Positions 7,224-16,891 of a stretch of DNA of 34,449 nucleotides are shown in pieces. The notes below the pieces were generated by a model, which was not told the DNA's origin, made no database searches, and saw only the letters and a list, made by a program, of their open reading frames with translations. The number at the start of each line of letters is the position of its first letter. Positions within the stretch are counted from its first letter, which is position 1. The DNA comes from a virus (Duplodnaviria > Heunggongvirae > Uroviricota > Caudoviricetes). Position numbers and translations under genes: made by a program. The DNA is taken from the IMG/VR virus record IMGVR_UViG_3300012942_000032, positions 122,282-156,730 of that record; one strand, written 5' to 3'.

Positions 7224-8290
7224 TGGAAATTGCTATGATCACAGATCAGCATTTCGGAGTTCGTAACGACTCGAAATATTTTCTTGACAATTATGAAAAA
7301 TTCTATTCAGAAGTGTTCTTTCCTACTTTAGTAGAAAGGAACATTAAGCATTTGTTGATTTTAGGTGATACTTGGGAAAATCGCAAGACCCTAAATCTGA
7401 ATACCTTTGTTCGTGCTCAAGAAATGTTCTTTGATAAGCTTCAAGATCTTGGTATTGAAGTCAAAATCATTTATGGTAATCATGATGTTTTCTATAAGAA
7501 CAATAATGGTGTGAATAGCGTAGATATGCTTGGAAGAATTTATTCCAACGTAGAAGTTATTCCCACGCATAAAGTAGTAGAATTTGATGATCTGAAAATT
7601 GGTCTTCTATCTTGGGTCAATAACGAAAACTTCCAAGATAGCATGGAATTCATTAAGACCGCAGATTGTTCCATTTTGTGTGGTCATTTTGAGATCAAAT
7701 CTTTTGACATGATTAGAGGTGTTGCATGTGAGCATGGATTCGATAAATCAATTTTCGATCGTTACGAAGCCGTCTATTCTGGACACTTTCATACAATCTC
7801 TACGGACGGGCGCATCCTTTATATTTCTAATCCTAGCCAGACAAATTGGTCGGATTTCGGTCTAAAGAAGGGTTTTAGAATTCTTGACACGAAGACGAAA
7901 GAATTAACCTTTATCCAAAATCCATTTGACGTCTATGCCAAAATCGCATATACTGATGAAATAGATGTAATCAATTTTGATTACTCAGAATATAGTAACA
8001 AGATTGTTCGTGTCTACATTCAATCATTTGCACAATCTAACCAGCAGAAAGTAAATCTGTTTATTGAGCGACTCAATCAGTTTGCTCATGCAACAGATGT
8101 CTTTGAGATTGATGAATCAATGGCTGGTGGAGAAATGAATTCTGAAGGTGTTGATTTTGCTGATACTTCCCAAGTGATTAATCAATACATCAATGATGTT
8201 GTAGACAGTGAACTTGTAGATAGAAACAAATTGCTCATGATGTTTATGGATTTGTATCATGAGGCAAGTAATCAGGTAGATATTGAATGA
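7220..8290 (+). CDS. gp47: Recombination endonuclease gp47 (Mre11/SbcD-like)
   Basis: Metallophosphoesterase motifs TDQHFG, LGDTWENRK, GNHD, GHFE, SGHFH. Confidence 0.95.
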   Translation: MMEIAMITDQHFGVRNDSKYFLDNYEKFYSEVFFPTLVERNIKHLLILGDTWENRKTLNLNTFVRAQEMFFDKLQDLGIEVKIIYGNHDVFYKNNNGVNSVDMLGRIYSNVEVIPTHKVVEFDDLKIGLLSWVNNENFQDSMEFIKTADCSILCGHFEIKSFDMIRGVACEHGFDKSIFDRYEAVYSGHFHTISTDGRILYISNPSQTNWSDFGLKKGFRILDTKTKELTFIQNPFDVYAKIAYTDEIDVINFDYSEYSNKIVRVYIQSFAQSNQQKVNLFIERLNQFAHATDVFEIDESMAGGEMNSEGVDFADTSQVINQYINDVVDSELVDRNKLLMMFMDLYHEASNQVDIE

Positions 8291-10008
8291 TTATTCATTT
8301 CCGTAAGGTTAGATGGAAAAATATTCTAAGTTATGGTCAGACATTCACAGAAATTCTTTTAGATAGAAGTCCTAGCACCCTGATTACAGGTGAGAACGGT
8401 ACGGGAAAGTCCACCGTTCTTGAAGCTATTTGTTTTTCTCTGTTTGGAAAACCCTTTAGAAAGATCAACAAAGACCAATTGATCAATACAAAAAACGGCA
8501 AAGGGCTTCTAACAGAGATTGAGTTTGATGTAGGAAATGATTCCTATTTGATTCGTCGTGGCATTAAGCCAAATATCTTTGAGGTTTATAAGAATGGGCT
8601 TCTGCAGAATCAACCAGGTGCAAATAGAGATTATCAATCTACTTTAGAATCTTCAATTCTTAAATTTGATTATAGCTCATTTACACAGATTGTTCTTGTT
8701 GGCAAAGCAACTCATGTTAGTTTCATGAAGTTGAATTCTGGACAGAGACGCCAATTTGTTGAGCAGATTCTAAATCTAGCAGTATTCAGCACAATGAATA
8801 AGCTTCATACTCAGAAGCTTTCTGCTTTGAAAGAATCTTTGATGGAAATGAAATCTGATATTTCTGTTGCTCAAGAGAAAGTCAATATCAGAACCAGGCA
8901 CATTATTCAGCTTGAAAGAGAAGCTTTGGAAGCTGCTGATCAAGAGATTGAAAAAATCAAGGTTTTGCAGTCTGAACTTTCAACTGAAATTAATGATCTT
9001 TTAGATAGAAAGAGTGATCTATTTTCCCAATTAGTTGAAGTAGATGGGGAGATTGGAAGTCTAAAATCAAAATCAAAGACTTTGAATGGGATGCAAGGTA
9101 AGCTTACATTCAAATCTGATGATATCAGCAAGCAGATTAAGCAGATTTCTGATCAAGATGTTTGTCCTACTTGCGGACAGGATATCACTGACGATTTTAA
9201 ACATGATAAGACTCATTCACTTCAAAATCAACTAGATCAATTGCAGGTTGCTCAGACAGAAATTTCTGAGAAGATAGTAGATCTAGATTCTAAGATTGCA
9301 GAAATAGAAAAGAAGATTTCTCATAATGAAAAGTATCAACGAGAAATTGCTGCAATTGAAGCTTTGATTAAGGATAAGAAGAATCAGATTTCTAGACTTG
9401 AAGGTTCAATGGTTCAATCTAGATCTTCATCTGTTGATAAGATTCAAGAAGAGAAAGATATTCTTGATGCTCTAGAAAAAGAACTTGCAGATTTGCAAAG
9501 AAAAAGAGCCCACTCTGCATCAGAACTGGAATATTACAATCTGATGTCTAATATGCTGAAAGATAATGGAATCAAAGCTACAATTATACGCCGCTTTATC
9601 CCAATCATCAATCATTACATCAACTCTAACTTGGCACGCCTTGGTTTCTTTGCGAAATTTAGTTTGGATGAAAATTTCGAGGAAACTATTCAGGCTCGTG
9701 GCATTGATACGCTGAGTTACAATAACTTTAGTGAAGGTGAAAAACTTAGAATTGATATGTCAATTTTGCTTGCTTGGAGAGAAGTAGCTAAGCTTCAGAA
9801 TAGCGTCAGTACAAATCTTCTATTCTTCGACGAAGTATTTGATGCTTCTCTTGATGGCGTTGGAACAGAAGCACTTGCAATTCTTTTGAATGAAATGAAA
9901 CAGACAAATATCTTTATCATTTCCCATGCACCAGAAAAGATTGCAGATAAAGTAAGAAGCCAAATCATTTTTCATAAGGAAAATGGATTTAGTCGCATGA
10001 AAGCATGA
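8287..10008 (+). CDS. gp46: Recombination ATPase gp46 (Rad50/SbcC-like)
   Basis: GENGTGKST, coiled coil with CPTCGQ hook, FSEGEKLRID, FDEVFD, IISH. Confidence 0.96.
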   Translation: MIIHFRKVRWKNILSYGQTFTEILLDRSPSTLITGENGTGKSTVLEAICFSLFGKPFRKINKDQLINTKNGKGLLTEIEFDVGNDSYLIRRGIKPNIFEVYKNGLLQNQPGANRDYQSTLESSILKFDYSSFTQIVLVGKATHVSFMKLNSGQRRQFVEQILNLAVFSTMNKLHTQKLSALKESLMEMKSDISVAQEKVNIRTRHIIQLEREALEAADQEIEKIKVLQSELSTEINDLLDRKSDLFSQLVEVDGEIGSLKSKSKTLNGMQGKLTFKSDDISKQIKQISDQDVCPTCGQDITDDFKHDKTHSLQNQLDQLQVAQTEISEKIVDLDSKIAEIEKKISHNEKYQREIAAIEALIKDKKNQISRLEGSMVQSRSSSVDKIQEEKDILDALEKELADLQRKRAHSASELEYYNLMSNMLKDNGIKATIIRRFIPIINHYINSNLARLGFFAKFSLDENFEETIQARGIDTLSYNNFSEGEKLRIDMSILLAWREVAKLQNSVSTNLLFFDEVFDASLDGVGTEALAILLNEMKQTNIFIISHAPEKIADKVRSQIIFHKENGFSRMKA

Positions 10009-10027
10009 TACAGGATTGATAACCCTG

Positions 10028-10056
10028 TTGATATTGGGCTTGGATTAACGTATAAT
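10028..10056 (+). promoter_or_regulatory. Sigma70-type promoter of the gp45-44-62 operon
   Basis: TTGATA (10028-10033), 17 nt, TATAAT (10051-10056). Confidence 0.75.
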
Positions 10057-10095
10057 TCAGGCTCAGATGTAGTAATAACAACCATGGAGTATATG

Positions 10096-10740
10096 ATGCA
10101 ACGTAAGACTATTGAAGTGTTGAAGAATTTTGCCTCGATCAATTCGGGTTTAATTTTTAAGAAGGGCAGTAAGCTTCGCACTATTTCTGTGATGAAGAAC
10201 ATTTTTGCGGCAGCTGAAGTGCCTGACGAGTTTACTCGTGAGTTTGCAATTTATGATCTGAATGAGTTTCTTTCGACTCTGAGCTTGTTTGATGCGCCTG
10301 ATCTGGAATATAAGGAAGATCATATTCTGATCAAGTCTGGGCGTTCTCGTGTGAAGTATTTTTATAGTTCGCCGAGCGTTGTAGTTGGGGCTCCTGATAA
10401 GGATCTTCCATCACTTGAAGAAAATCTTTCTTTCAGTATGTCGAAGGAAGCACTTGATGAGCTTGTGAAGGCTTCGTCTGTAATGAAGCTGAAGGAACTT
10501 GCTATCTCGAATAGTGGCATTAAGGCATTCAACAAGTCATCGGTAGGCAATCAGTATAATGCTGAAGTTGAAGATCTTGTTGTTGCAGATGGTGCACCTG
10601 AGCGCGAGTACATTTTGAAGATTGAAAATATCAAACTTCTTCCTGGTTCGTATAGTGTAAAGGTGACTGCACGGTTTGTTGAATTCCGTAGCACTTCTGA
10701 GGAAGGTCTGGTTTACTTCGTAGCAGTAGAGTCTGATTAA
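10096..10740 (+). CDS. gp45: Sliding clamp gp45
   Basis: TIEVLKNFASINSGLIFKKGSKLRTIS...FAIYDLNEFLS...YFVAVE; start could be 10093 or 10096 (GGAG at 10086). Confidence 0.93.
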   Translation: MQRKTIEVLKNFASINSGLIFKKGSKLRTISVMKNIFAAAEVPDEFTREFAIYDLNEFLSTLSLFDAPDLEYKEDHILIKSGRSRVKYFYSSPSVVVGAPDKDLPSLEENLSFSMSKEALDELVKASSVMKLKELAISNSGIKAFNKSSVGNQYNAEVEDLVVADGAPEREYILKIENIKLLPGSYSVKVTARFVEFRSTSEEGLVYFVAVESD

Positions 10741-10741
10741 T

Positions 10742-11185
10742 ATGCTAGTAAGCCCATCAATTGCCCAGGATTTCCAAGCATTGATGGGCTTACTTGTTTC
10801 TCTCAATCACAATAGACGCAGATCTCTTGATCCCAGGATTGAAGAAGCATTAGGCCCATCAAATTATCTTCGTGATTTTTGCACTATCAGAGTTAATATT
10901 GGTAGATGCACAGGAAAGACGCATTTTATTCAGAGTAATGCAACGGATGATGATTTTATTATTGTCCCAAATCTCAATATCAAACAATTCTATGTGGAAT
11001 CTGGTTTCTTGAAGACTAGAGTGTCTACAATTAGTTCTCCTATTCCTGGAAAACCTCCGGAGAAAGTGAATGTGTTTTATGTTGATGAGCCAAGTTATTG
11101 TTTCAAGACCAAAGAAAGTCTTGACAAATTCTATGATCTAGCTGCACAGTATCAGGCTCATACTATTGTTATGGTTGGAGAGTAA
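10742..11185 (+). CDS. Hypothetical protein with P-loop-like motif
   Basis: GRCTGKT resembles a Walker A; VFYVDEP resembles a Walker B. Confidence 0.5.
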   Translation: MLVSPSIAQDFQALMGLLVSLNHNRRRSLDPRIEEALGPSNYLRDFCTIRVNIGRCTGKTHFIQSNATDDDFIIVPNLNIKQFYVESGFLKTRVSTISSPIPGKPPEKVNVFYVDEPSYCFKTKESLDKFYDLAAQYQAHTIVMVGE

Positions 11186-11187
11186 TA

Positions 11188-12132
11188 ATGAATATCGGTG
11201 AGAAATACCTTTGGTGCGAGCAATACAGGCCTCATAAGATTGAGGATACTGTACTACCTCCTAGAATGAAAGAATATTTTCAGAAGATGGTAGATAAAGG
11301 TGTTCTGGAAAACATGACACTTGTTGGTGGTCCAGGCACAGGAAAGACTACTGTTGCTCGCGCAATGTGTGAAGAAATGGGTATTGATTATATTCTGATC
11401 AATGCTTCTGAAAATGGTAACATTGATACCATCAGAACTACCGTAAGGCAATTTGCTTCTACAGTAAGTTTTACAGGTGGTATTAAGTGTATCATTCTGG
11501 ACGAGAGTGATTATCTGAATGCACAGAGCGCACAACCTGCACTTCGTGGAGCTATTGAGGAATTTGCAGAGAATTGTCGTTTTATTTTTACGGCCAATTA
11601 TGCAAATCGAATTATTGATCCGCTGAAATCGAGAGCACCTGTAATTGAATTCAACTTCACCAAGGAAGAAAAGAAGAGTCTTGTAATTCAGTTCGACAAA
11701 CGTATCAAGCAAATTCTAGATGAGCAGAATGTTACTTTTGACAAAGTTGAACTTGCTCAGCTTGTCATGAAGAATTTTCCTGACTTTAGAAAGACACTTA
11801 ATCTGTTGCAGCGTTTCTCGCATTCTGGTCATCTAAATATTACCTCAATGACAGGTTTAGATGATGATCGTTTGAAGGAACTTGTAGGATTCTTGAAGTC
11901 TAGAGAATTTGGAAATGCACGTCGTTGGGTTGTAGAAAATATGGATAACGATGGCGCAATGGTACGAAGAGCACTATATGATAAGATGTTTGATCATGTA
12001 TCTCCGGATTCCATCCCGCAGCTAATTCTTCATCTGGCAGATTACGATTACAAAGAATCATTTGTTGTTGATAAAGAGATCAACATGGTTGCTTTGATTG
12101 TGAACTTGATGGCTGATATCAAGTTCAAGTAA
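11188..12132 (+). CDS. gp44: Clamp loader large subunit gp44
   Basis: LWCEQYRP, GGPGTGKTT, INASENG, ILDESD, FIFTAN, SR, PDFRK. Confidence 0.96.
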   Translation: MNIGEKYLWCEQYRPHKIEDTVLPPRMKEYFQKMVDKGVLENMTLVGGPGTGKTTVARAMCEEMGIDYILINASENGNIDTIRTTVRQFASTVSFTGGIKCIILDESDYLNAQSAQPALRGAIEEFAENCRFIFTANYANRIIDPLKSRAPVIEFNFTKEEKKSLVIQFDKRIKQILDEQNVTFDKVELAQLVMKNFPDFRKTLNLLQRFSHSGHLNITSMTGLDDDRLKELVGFLKSREFGNARRWVVENMDNDGAMVRRALYDKMFDHVSPDSIPQLILHLADYDYKESFVVDKEINMVALIVNLMADIKFK

Positions 12133-12160
12133 TTCGTAAATATAGATGAGGATGTTTGTT

Positions 12161-12550
12161 ATGAGCTCAGAAAAGAAATTGACGCCATTCGACATTACCT
12201 CAAACATCAATGAAAAGAAAGATTATTTGGACGTTCAAGATGTTGGGTATGACGCCTATGTGATAAATCGAGTGATGTCAAACACCGCTGATAGCGTGTT
12301 GTTTGCGAATGAGATGAATCAGTATTACTCCCTTCCTAAAGATCAACAATACGCATTCTATTATTATGGTCTTCCTAAGAAGAAGAGATTTGGCAAGTGG
12401 CACAAAAATCAAGATGATAAAGAAGCCCTTGAATTGATCCAAGAGTATTATGGATATAGCCGTCACAAAGCAAAGGATGTTTTGAATTTGCTCCGCCCTC
12501 ATCTTGATAATATCAAGAATGAATTGGATAAAGGCGGTCGACATGGCTGA
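12161..12550 (+). CDS. gp62: Clamp loader small subunit gp62
   Basis: PFDI...YVINRVMS...FANEMN...QYAFY...KKKRF.KW...YYGYS..KA; ATG 12161 follows GAGGA. Confidence 0.88.
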   Translation: MSSEKKLTPFDITSNINEKKDYLDVQDVGYDAYVINRVMSNTADSVLFANEMNQYYSLPKDQQYAFYYYGLPKKKRFGKWHKNQDDKEALELIQEYYGYSRHKAKDVLNLLRPHLDNIKNELDKGGRHG

Positions 12551-12971
12551 AAACATTGAAGTAAATGATTTAATGGATGACTTCTTTGAGATTGAACCTC
12601 TGGATACAGATCAATTTCTTAAGGTCAAAGAAACTTTGACTAGAATCGGTATTGCTTCTAGGAAGAAAGGTGAAGAAAAACCTACATTATGGCAATCATG
12701 TCATATTCTTCATAAGAGAGGTAGGTATTTTATTTGTCACTTCAAGCAACTCTTTTTGCTTGATGGCAGAACTAGGGTTACTAATTTTGATGATGAAGAC
12801 TACGATAGAACAGAATATGTCGTATCCTTGTTAGAAGAATGGGGTTTGGTAAAATCCATTTTTGAGATCAGTAAACCTAAAGTTAATGTAGTAGTGATTC
12901 CTTACAATAAAAAGAAAGAATGGAATCTTTGTTCAAAGTACACTATTGGAGAAAAGAATGTCCAGCACTGA
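12543..12971 (+). CDS. regA: Translational repressor RegA
   Basis: FLKVKETLTRIGIASRK...LWQSCHILHKRGRYFICHFKQLFLLDG...EWNLCSKYTIG. Confidence 0.95.
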   Translation: MAENIEVNDLMDDFFEIEPLDTDQFLKVKETLTRIGIASRKKGEEKPTLWQSCHILHKRGRYFICHFKQLFLLDGRTRVTNFDDEDYDRTEYVVSLLEEWGLVKSIFEISKPKVNVVVIPYNKKKEWNLCSKYTIGEKNVQH

Positions 12972-13620
12972 TATGATTGAAGAAACCCCTGTTTTAGATA
13001 AGAAGAAAAACAATAAGAAAGATAAGGCGCCAGTTGATCTAGGTCCTGTCAATCTTCAAGAAGCAAGTTATTCTGAGAGTCCTGTAAGGGATCCTCTAGA
13101 TCTAAAAGTTCATAAGCTCTTTGCTAGAGTAATGACACCTGAATATAAGTCTGATGAAGCTGCTTGTTTTGATCTTCATGCGTTCTTAGGAAATGATATT
13201 CAGGTTGTAAAGGGCTATAATGCTAAGAATTTCGAGCTGAATATTACAGTTCGAGAAAATATTGAAGATGATGAGCGTTATATTCTTCTCCAACCAGGTG
13301 ATCGTGCTCTAATTCCAACTGGTATCATTTTTGATATGGCGCCTGGATCTAAGATGCACATTTACCCGCGCTCAGGTACTGCACTAAAGAAGGGATTGAA
13401 TCTAGCCAATGGTGTTGCAGTTATTGATTCAGATTATACTGATCAGACGTATATTCTAGTGACGAATAACACGAGTGTCAGAATGCGTATTGTGCATAAT
13501 GAGCGAATTGCCCAGGCAGAAGTGGTGCCTTCGTATCGTGCAATTATTTCTTCTTCGAATAAGAAGCCTGATCAGAAGGGCAATCGCACTGGTGGTTTTA
13601 ATTCGACGGGAACCAGATAA
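12958..13620 (+). CDS. dut: Trimeric dUTPase
   Basis: Motifs AACFDL, LIPTG, PRSG, VIDSDY, RIAQ, RTGGFNSTG. Confidence 0.92.
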   Translation: MSSTDMIEETPVLDKKKNNKKDKAPVDLGPVNLQEASYSESPVRDPLDLKVHKLFARVMTPEYKSDEAACFDLHAFLGNDIQVVKGYNAKNFELNITVRENIEDDERYILLQPGDRALIPTGIIFDMAPGSKMHIYPRSGTALKKGLNLANGVAVIDSDYTDQTYILVTNNTSVRMRIVHNERIAQAEVVPSYRAIISSSNKKPDQKGNRTGGFNSTGTR

Positions 13621-13964
13621 TGGAAACGAATTTGATTGCAAGAATTTGTCATGAAGCAAATAGAGCTATTTGCGAGGCAAATCGAGATTATTCCCAAGTA
13701 GATTGGAATGATGCAGAAGATTGGCAAAAAGATTCCGCAATTCGAGGCGTACAGTTTGTCCTTGATTCTCCTGATGTGACAGTAGAAGATCTACATAATA
13801 ATTGGTGTAGAGATAAGGTTAGAGATGGATGGGAATATGGCGAAGTAAAAGATGCTGTAAGAAAGACTCATCCTTGTCTGGTTGCTTATCAGAAATTGCC
13901 TACAGAACAGCAATTGAAAGATAAAGTGTTTCGTGGTATTGTTAACCTACTAAAAGGTATTTGA
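13620..13964 (+). CDS. RyR (ryanodine receptor repeat) domain protein
   Basis: LHNNWCRDKVRDGWEYGEVKD...KTHPCLVAYQKLPTEQQLKD is the characteristic RyR pattern. Confidence 0.85.
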   Translation: METNLIARICHEANRAICEANRDYSQVDWNDAEDWQKDSAIRGVQFVLDSPDVTVEDLHNNWCRDKVRDGWEYGEVKDAVRKTHPCLVAYQKLPTEQQLKDKVFRGIVNLLKGI

Positions 13965-13965
13965 T

Positions 13966-14229
13966 ATGATTAAGATTGCCTACACGAAGTTTGGCACCAT
14001 TATGGGTGACTTTGAAGAGAAGATGTCTGGTGGTTGGGTTGTATCTGATCCTGTGATGGTCAGTGCTACTCCACAGTCTGTAGGGCTTTTTCCTTTCCTA
14101 GCAATCACTGAGAGTAAGTCTGTTACGATTTCAGAAGCAGATATTAATTTTGGTGAGATCTTTGAACCTGCTTTAGAGCTTCGTAATCATTACAGTTCTC
14201 AATTTGGAAGTGGTATTCAGCTTCGATAA
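13966..14229 (+). CDS. Small conserved T4-like phage protein (possible Sm-like fold)
   Basis: Beta-rich pattern ...DPV...GLFPF...SVTI...LRNHYSSQFGSGI, typical of small ORFs upstream of gp43. Confidence 0.55.
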   Translation: MIKIAYTKFGTIMGDFEEKMSGGWVVSDPVMVSATPQSVGLFPFLAITESKSVTISEADINFGEIFEPALELRNHYSSQFGSGIQLR

Positions 14230-14236
14230 TTAAGAT

Positions 14237-14282
14237 GACCCTCCCCTCTGCGCATCCGTGTACGGGAGGGTTCTTTTGATTT
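14237..14282 (+). terminator. Probable intrinsic terminator before gp43
   Basis: ACCCTCCC (14238-14245) / GGGAGGGT (14264-14271) with an inner TGCGC/GTGTA stem, followed by TCTTTTGATTTT. Confidence 0.7.
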
Positions 14283-14353
14283 TGATAATGGTCTATAAAT
14301 CGCATTGATTTAAGGAACAAAAAGCCTTATCATATGCGCTTAAGGAGAATTGA

Positions 14354-16891
14354 ATGTTCTATACGTTTGTTGAGAAACAAGGTAATAAAGTCTTTCATAG
14401 ATTTGTTGATAACAACCAGAAAAGACGTCAAGAAGTAGTTTCTGAATTTCCCATTGAACTTTACATGCCTGGAAATAGGCATGATTCGTTGTCTTTGACA
14501 GGCACGAAACTATCAAAGGTAGATTTCAATAGCATCGATGAAGCAAGTGAATTCGTCAGAAACTATAGCAATGTAACTGATATCTATGGACAAACTTCTA
14601 TTGCTCATCAGTTTATCAAAGAAAAATATCCTAATGACATTGATTTTAACTTCAAGAAGTTTGTAATCTTAAACTTCGATCTAGAAGTTGAGCATGATAA
14701 TGGGTTTCCTCAACCAGAGGATGCAAATGATGTTATCATGAGTGTATCTATGAAGGTATTTGGACGAGATCAATGGATCACTTTAGGTTTCAATGATTAT
14801 GAGCCCAAAAGATCTAATGATATCTATTTGCGTTGTAAAGATGAAAGAGATCTTTTGACGAAGTTTATTGGATTTTGGAAAAGAATTAATCCTGATATTA
14901 TTACAGGATGGAATATTGAAGAATTCGACATTCCTTATTTGATCAATCGAATGAATAAGGTCCTTGGCGAGAAGATTACCAAGGAATTGAGTCCATTTTG
15001 TAATGATGCTCGAAATGTAATCAAAGAATACAATGTGAAAGGTGGTGGCAAGAGTTATAGGATTCTTGGTATCACGACAATTGATTATTTGCCTCTTTAC
15101 AAGAAATATTCACCTGATAAGAGAGAGTCTTATAGATTAGATTATATCGGTGAAGTAGAGGTAAAAGAAAAGAAGGTTGATTATTCAGAATATGATAACA
15201 ACCTGATGCGTTTGATGCGAGAGAATTTTAATAAGTTCATCACATATAACGAGCAGGACGTTAATCTAGTTGAAAAGATTGATGATAAGCTCCAGTTTAT
15301 GATGCTTGCGATCAAGGTTGCTCTGATGACAAAGAGCAGATTCCAAGAGATTTTCGGGACAGTGAAGATTTGGGATAATTTGATCTACAATATGCTTAGC
15401 AAAGATAATATTCAGATTCCTCCATCGAAGTATTTTGATGAAGATGATGAAAGCTTTGTTGGTGCTTATGTGAAGGATCCAAATCCTGGTGCATATGATT
15501 GGGTTGTCTCTCTTGACTTGACATCGCTGTATCCGTCTATTGTTAGAATGTATAACATGAGTCCTGAGACTATCTTTGATCACGCTCAGGGTAACATCAA
15601 TTGGATGATGTCAATGAAGGCACTGGACAAGAGTATTGTCCTTGATCTTTATAACAAGAATCTAGTAATGGCTGCAAATGGTTCCACGTACAAGAAGGAC
15701 ATTGAAGGTATTCTACCTAAAGCAATGACAATGCTTTTCAACGAGCGCAAGCGTTATAAGAAAATGATGCTTGAGGCTAAGAAGGAAAAAGAAAAGTACA
15801 TTGAAGATGGTGGTAAAGACGAAGACTTTTTAGAAGCAATTTCCAATAAGATTGCAATGCTTGATGCAACTCAACAAGCACTGAAGATTATTGCAAACGG
15901 CGGCTATGGTGCGATTGGTAACAAAGCATTCAGATATTTTGATCCGAACATTGCTGAAGGTATCACTCTAACTGGTCAGATGACAATTCGGTTTATCAAT
16001 GATCGAATGAATGTATTCTTGAATGACTACTTTAAGACCAAGGATGTTGATTACGTTATTACGACAGATACAGATTCGATGTATATCTATCTAGATCTCT
16101 TGATTAAGAGAGAAGGGACAAATGATATGCAAGGAAATGTCGATCTTATTGACAATTTCGTGAAGAATCATATTGAGCCTTACCTTGCACAAGAGTTCCA
16201 ACGCCTAAGTGATTATGTGAACGCTTCAAAGAATTTGATGGATATGAAGCGAGAAGCAATTGCATCGCGTGGAATTTTCCGCGGTAAGAAGAACTATATC
16301 ATGGACGTATATGACAATGAGCATGTTCGTTATCATGAACCTGTGATCAAGATGGTTGGTGTTGAATCTAGGCGAACTTCTACTCCTATGATTGTTAGAA
16401 AGGAGCTTGAAGAATGCTATAAGGTAATGCTTCGCAGTAGTAACAATGAAGATCTATTGAAAAGGATTGAGTCATTTAGAAAGGTATTTGATACAGAGCC
16501 GGTGGATGTTATTGCATTTCCTAGGGGTGTTTCAGATATTGGTAAATGGTTGACAAATGATGCTCCACACTTCAAGAAGGGGACGCCAATCCATGTTAAG
16601 GCAGCGATTATTCACAATGTTATTGTCCGTGGCGATACAGAACTTTCAAAGAAATATGAGTGTTTACGAGATGGCGCTAAGATTAAATGGATTTATCTGA
16701 AGGAACCAAACCATCTAAGGTCTAACGTGATTGGATTTAGTTATCAATTACCGAAAGAATTTGATATGGACAAATTCATTGATAGAGGTCTACAATTTGA
16801 GAAGGCATTCTTAGGACCTGTCAATTCATTTGCAACCTTGTTGAAATGGAAAGTAGAAAGAATTGCATCTTTAGAGGATTTATTTGCATGA
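14354..16891 (+). CDS. gp43: Family B DNA polymerase gp43
   Basis: Exo motifs FDLEVE, GWNIEEFDIPY, YNEQDV; Pol motifs SLDLTSLYPS, KIIANGGYG, TDTDS, KKNY; C-terminal SLEDLF clamp-binding tail. Confidence 0.98.
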   Translation: MFYTFVEKQGNKVFHRFVDNNQKRRQEVVSEFPIELYMPGNRHDSLSLTGTKLSKVDFNSIDEASEFVRNYSNVTDIYGQTSIAHQFIKEKYPNDIDFNFKKFVILNFDLEVEHDNGFPQPEDANDVIMSVSMKVFGRDQWITLGFNDYEPKRSNDIYLRCKDERDLLTKFIGFWKRINPDIITGWNIEEFDIPYLINRMNKVLGEKITKELSPFCNDARNVIKEYNVKGGGKSYRILGITTIDYLPLYKKYSPDKRESYRLDYIGEVEVKEKKVDYSEYDNNLMRLMRENFNKFITYNEQDVNLVEKIDDKLQFMMLAIKVALMTKSRFQEIFGTVKIWDNLIYNMLSKDNIQIPPSKYFDEDDESFVGAYVKDPNPGAYDWVVSLDLTSLYPSIVRMYNMSPETIFDHAQGNINWMMSMKALDKSIVLDLYNKNLVMAANGSTYKKDIEGILPKAMTMLFNERKRYKKMMLEAKKEKEKYIEDGGKDEDFLEAISNKIAMLDATQQALKIIANGGYGAIGNKAFRYFDPNIAEGITLTGQMTIRFINDRMNVFLNDYFKTKDVDYVITTDTDSMYIYLDLLIKREGTNDMQGNVDLIDNFVKNHIEPYLAQEFQRLSDYVNASKNLMDMKREAIASRGIFRGKKNYIMDVYDNEHVRYHEPVIKMVGVESRRTSTPMIVRKELEECYKVMLRSSNNEDLLKRIESFRKVFDTEPVDVIAFPRGVSDIGKWLTNDAPHFKKGTPIHVKAAIIHNVIVRGDTELSKKYECLRDGAKIKWIYLKEPNHLRSNVIGFSYQLPKEFDMDKFIDRGLQFEKAFLGPVNSFATLLKWKVERIASLEDLFA

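Noticed and set aside
14324-14347. CCTTA/TAAGG stem over the gp43 RBS as an autogenous operator like T4 gene 43
   Set aside because: Only 5 bp; too weak to support without conservation data.
16060-16085. Polymerase motif C variant TTDTDS as adaptation to modified nucleotides
   Set aside because: Catalytic DTDS is intact and the preceding residues vary widely among family B polymerases.
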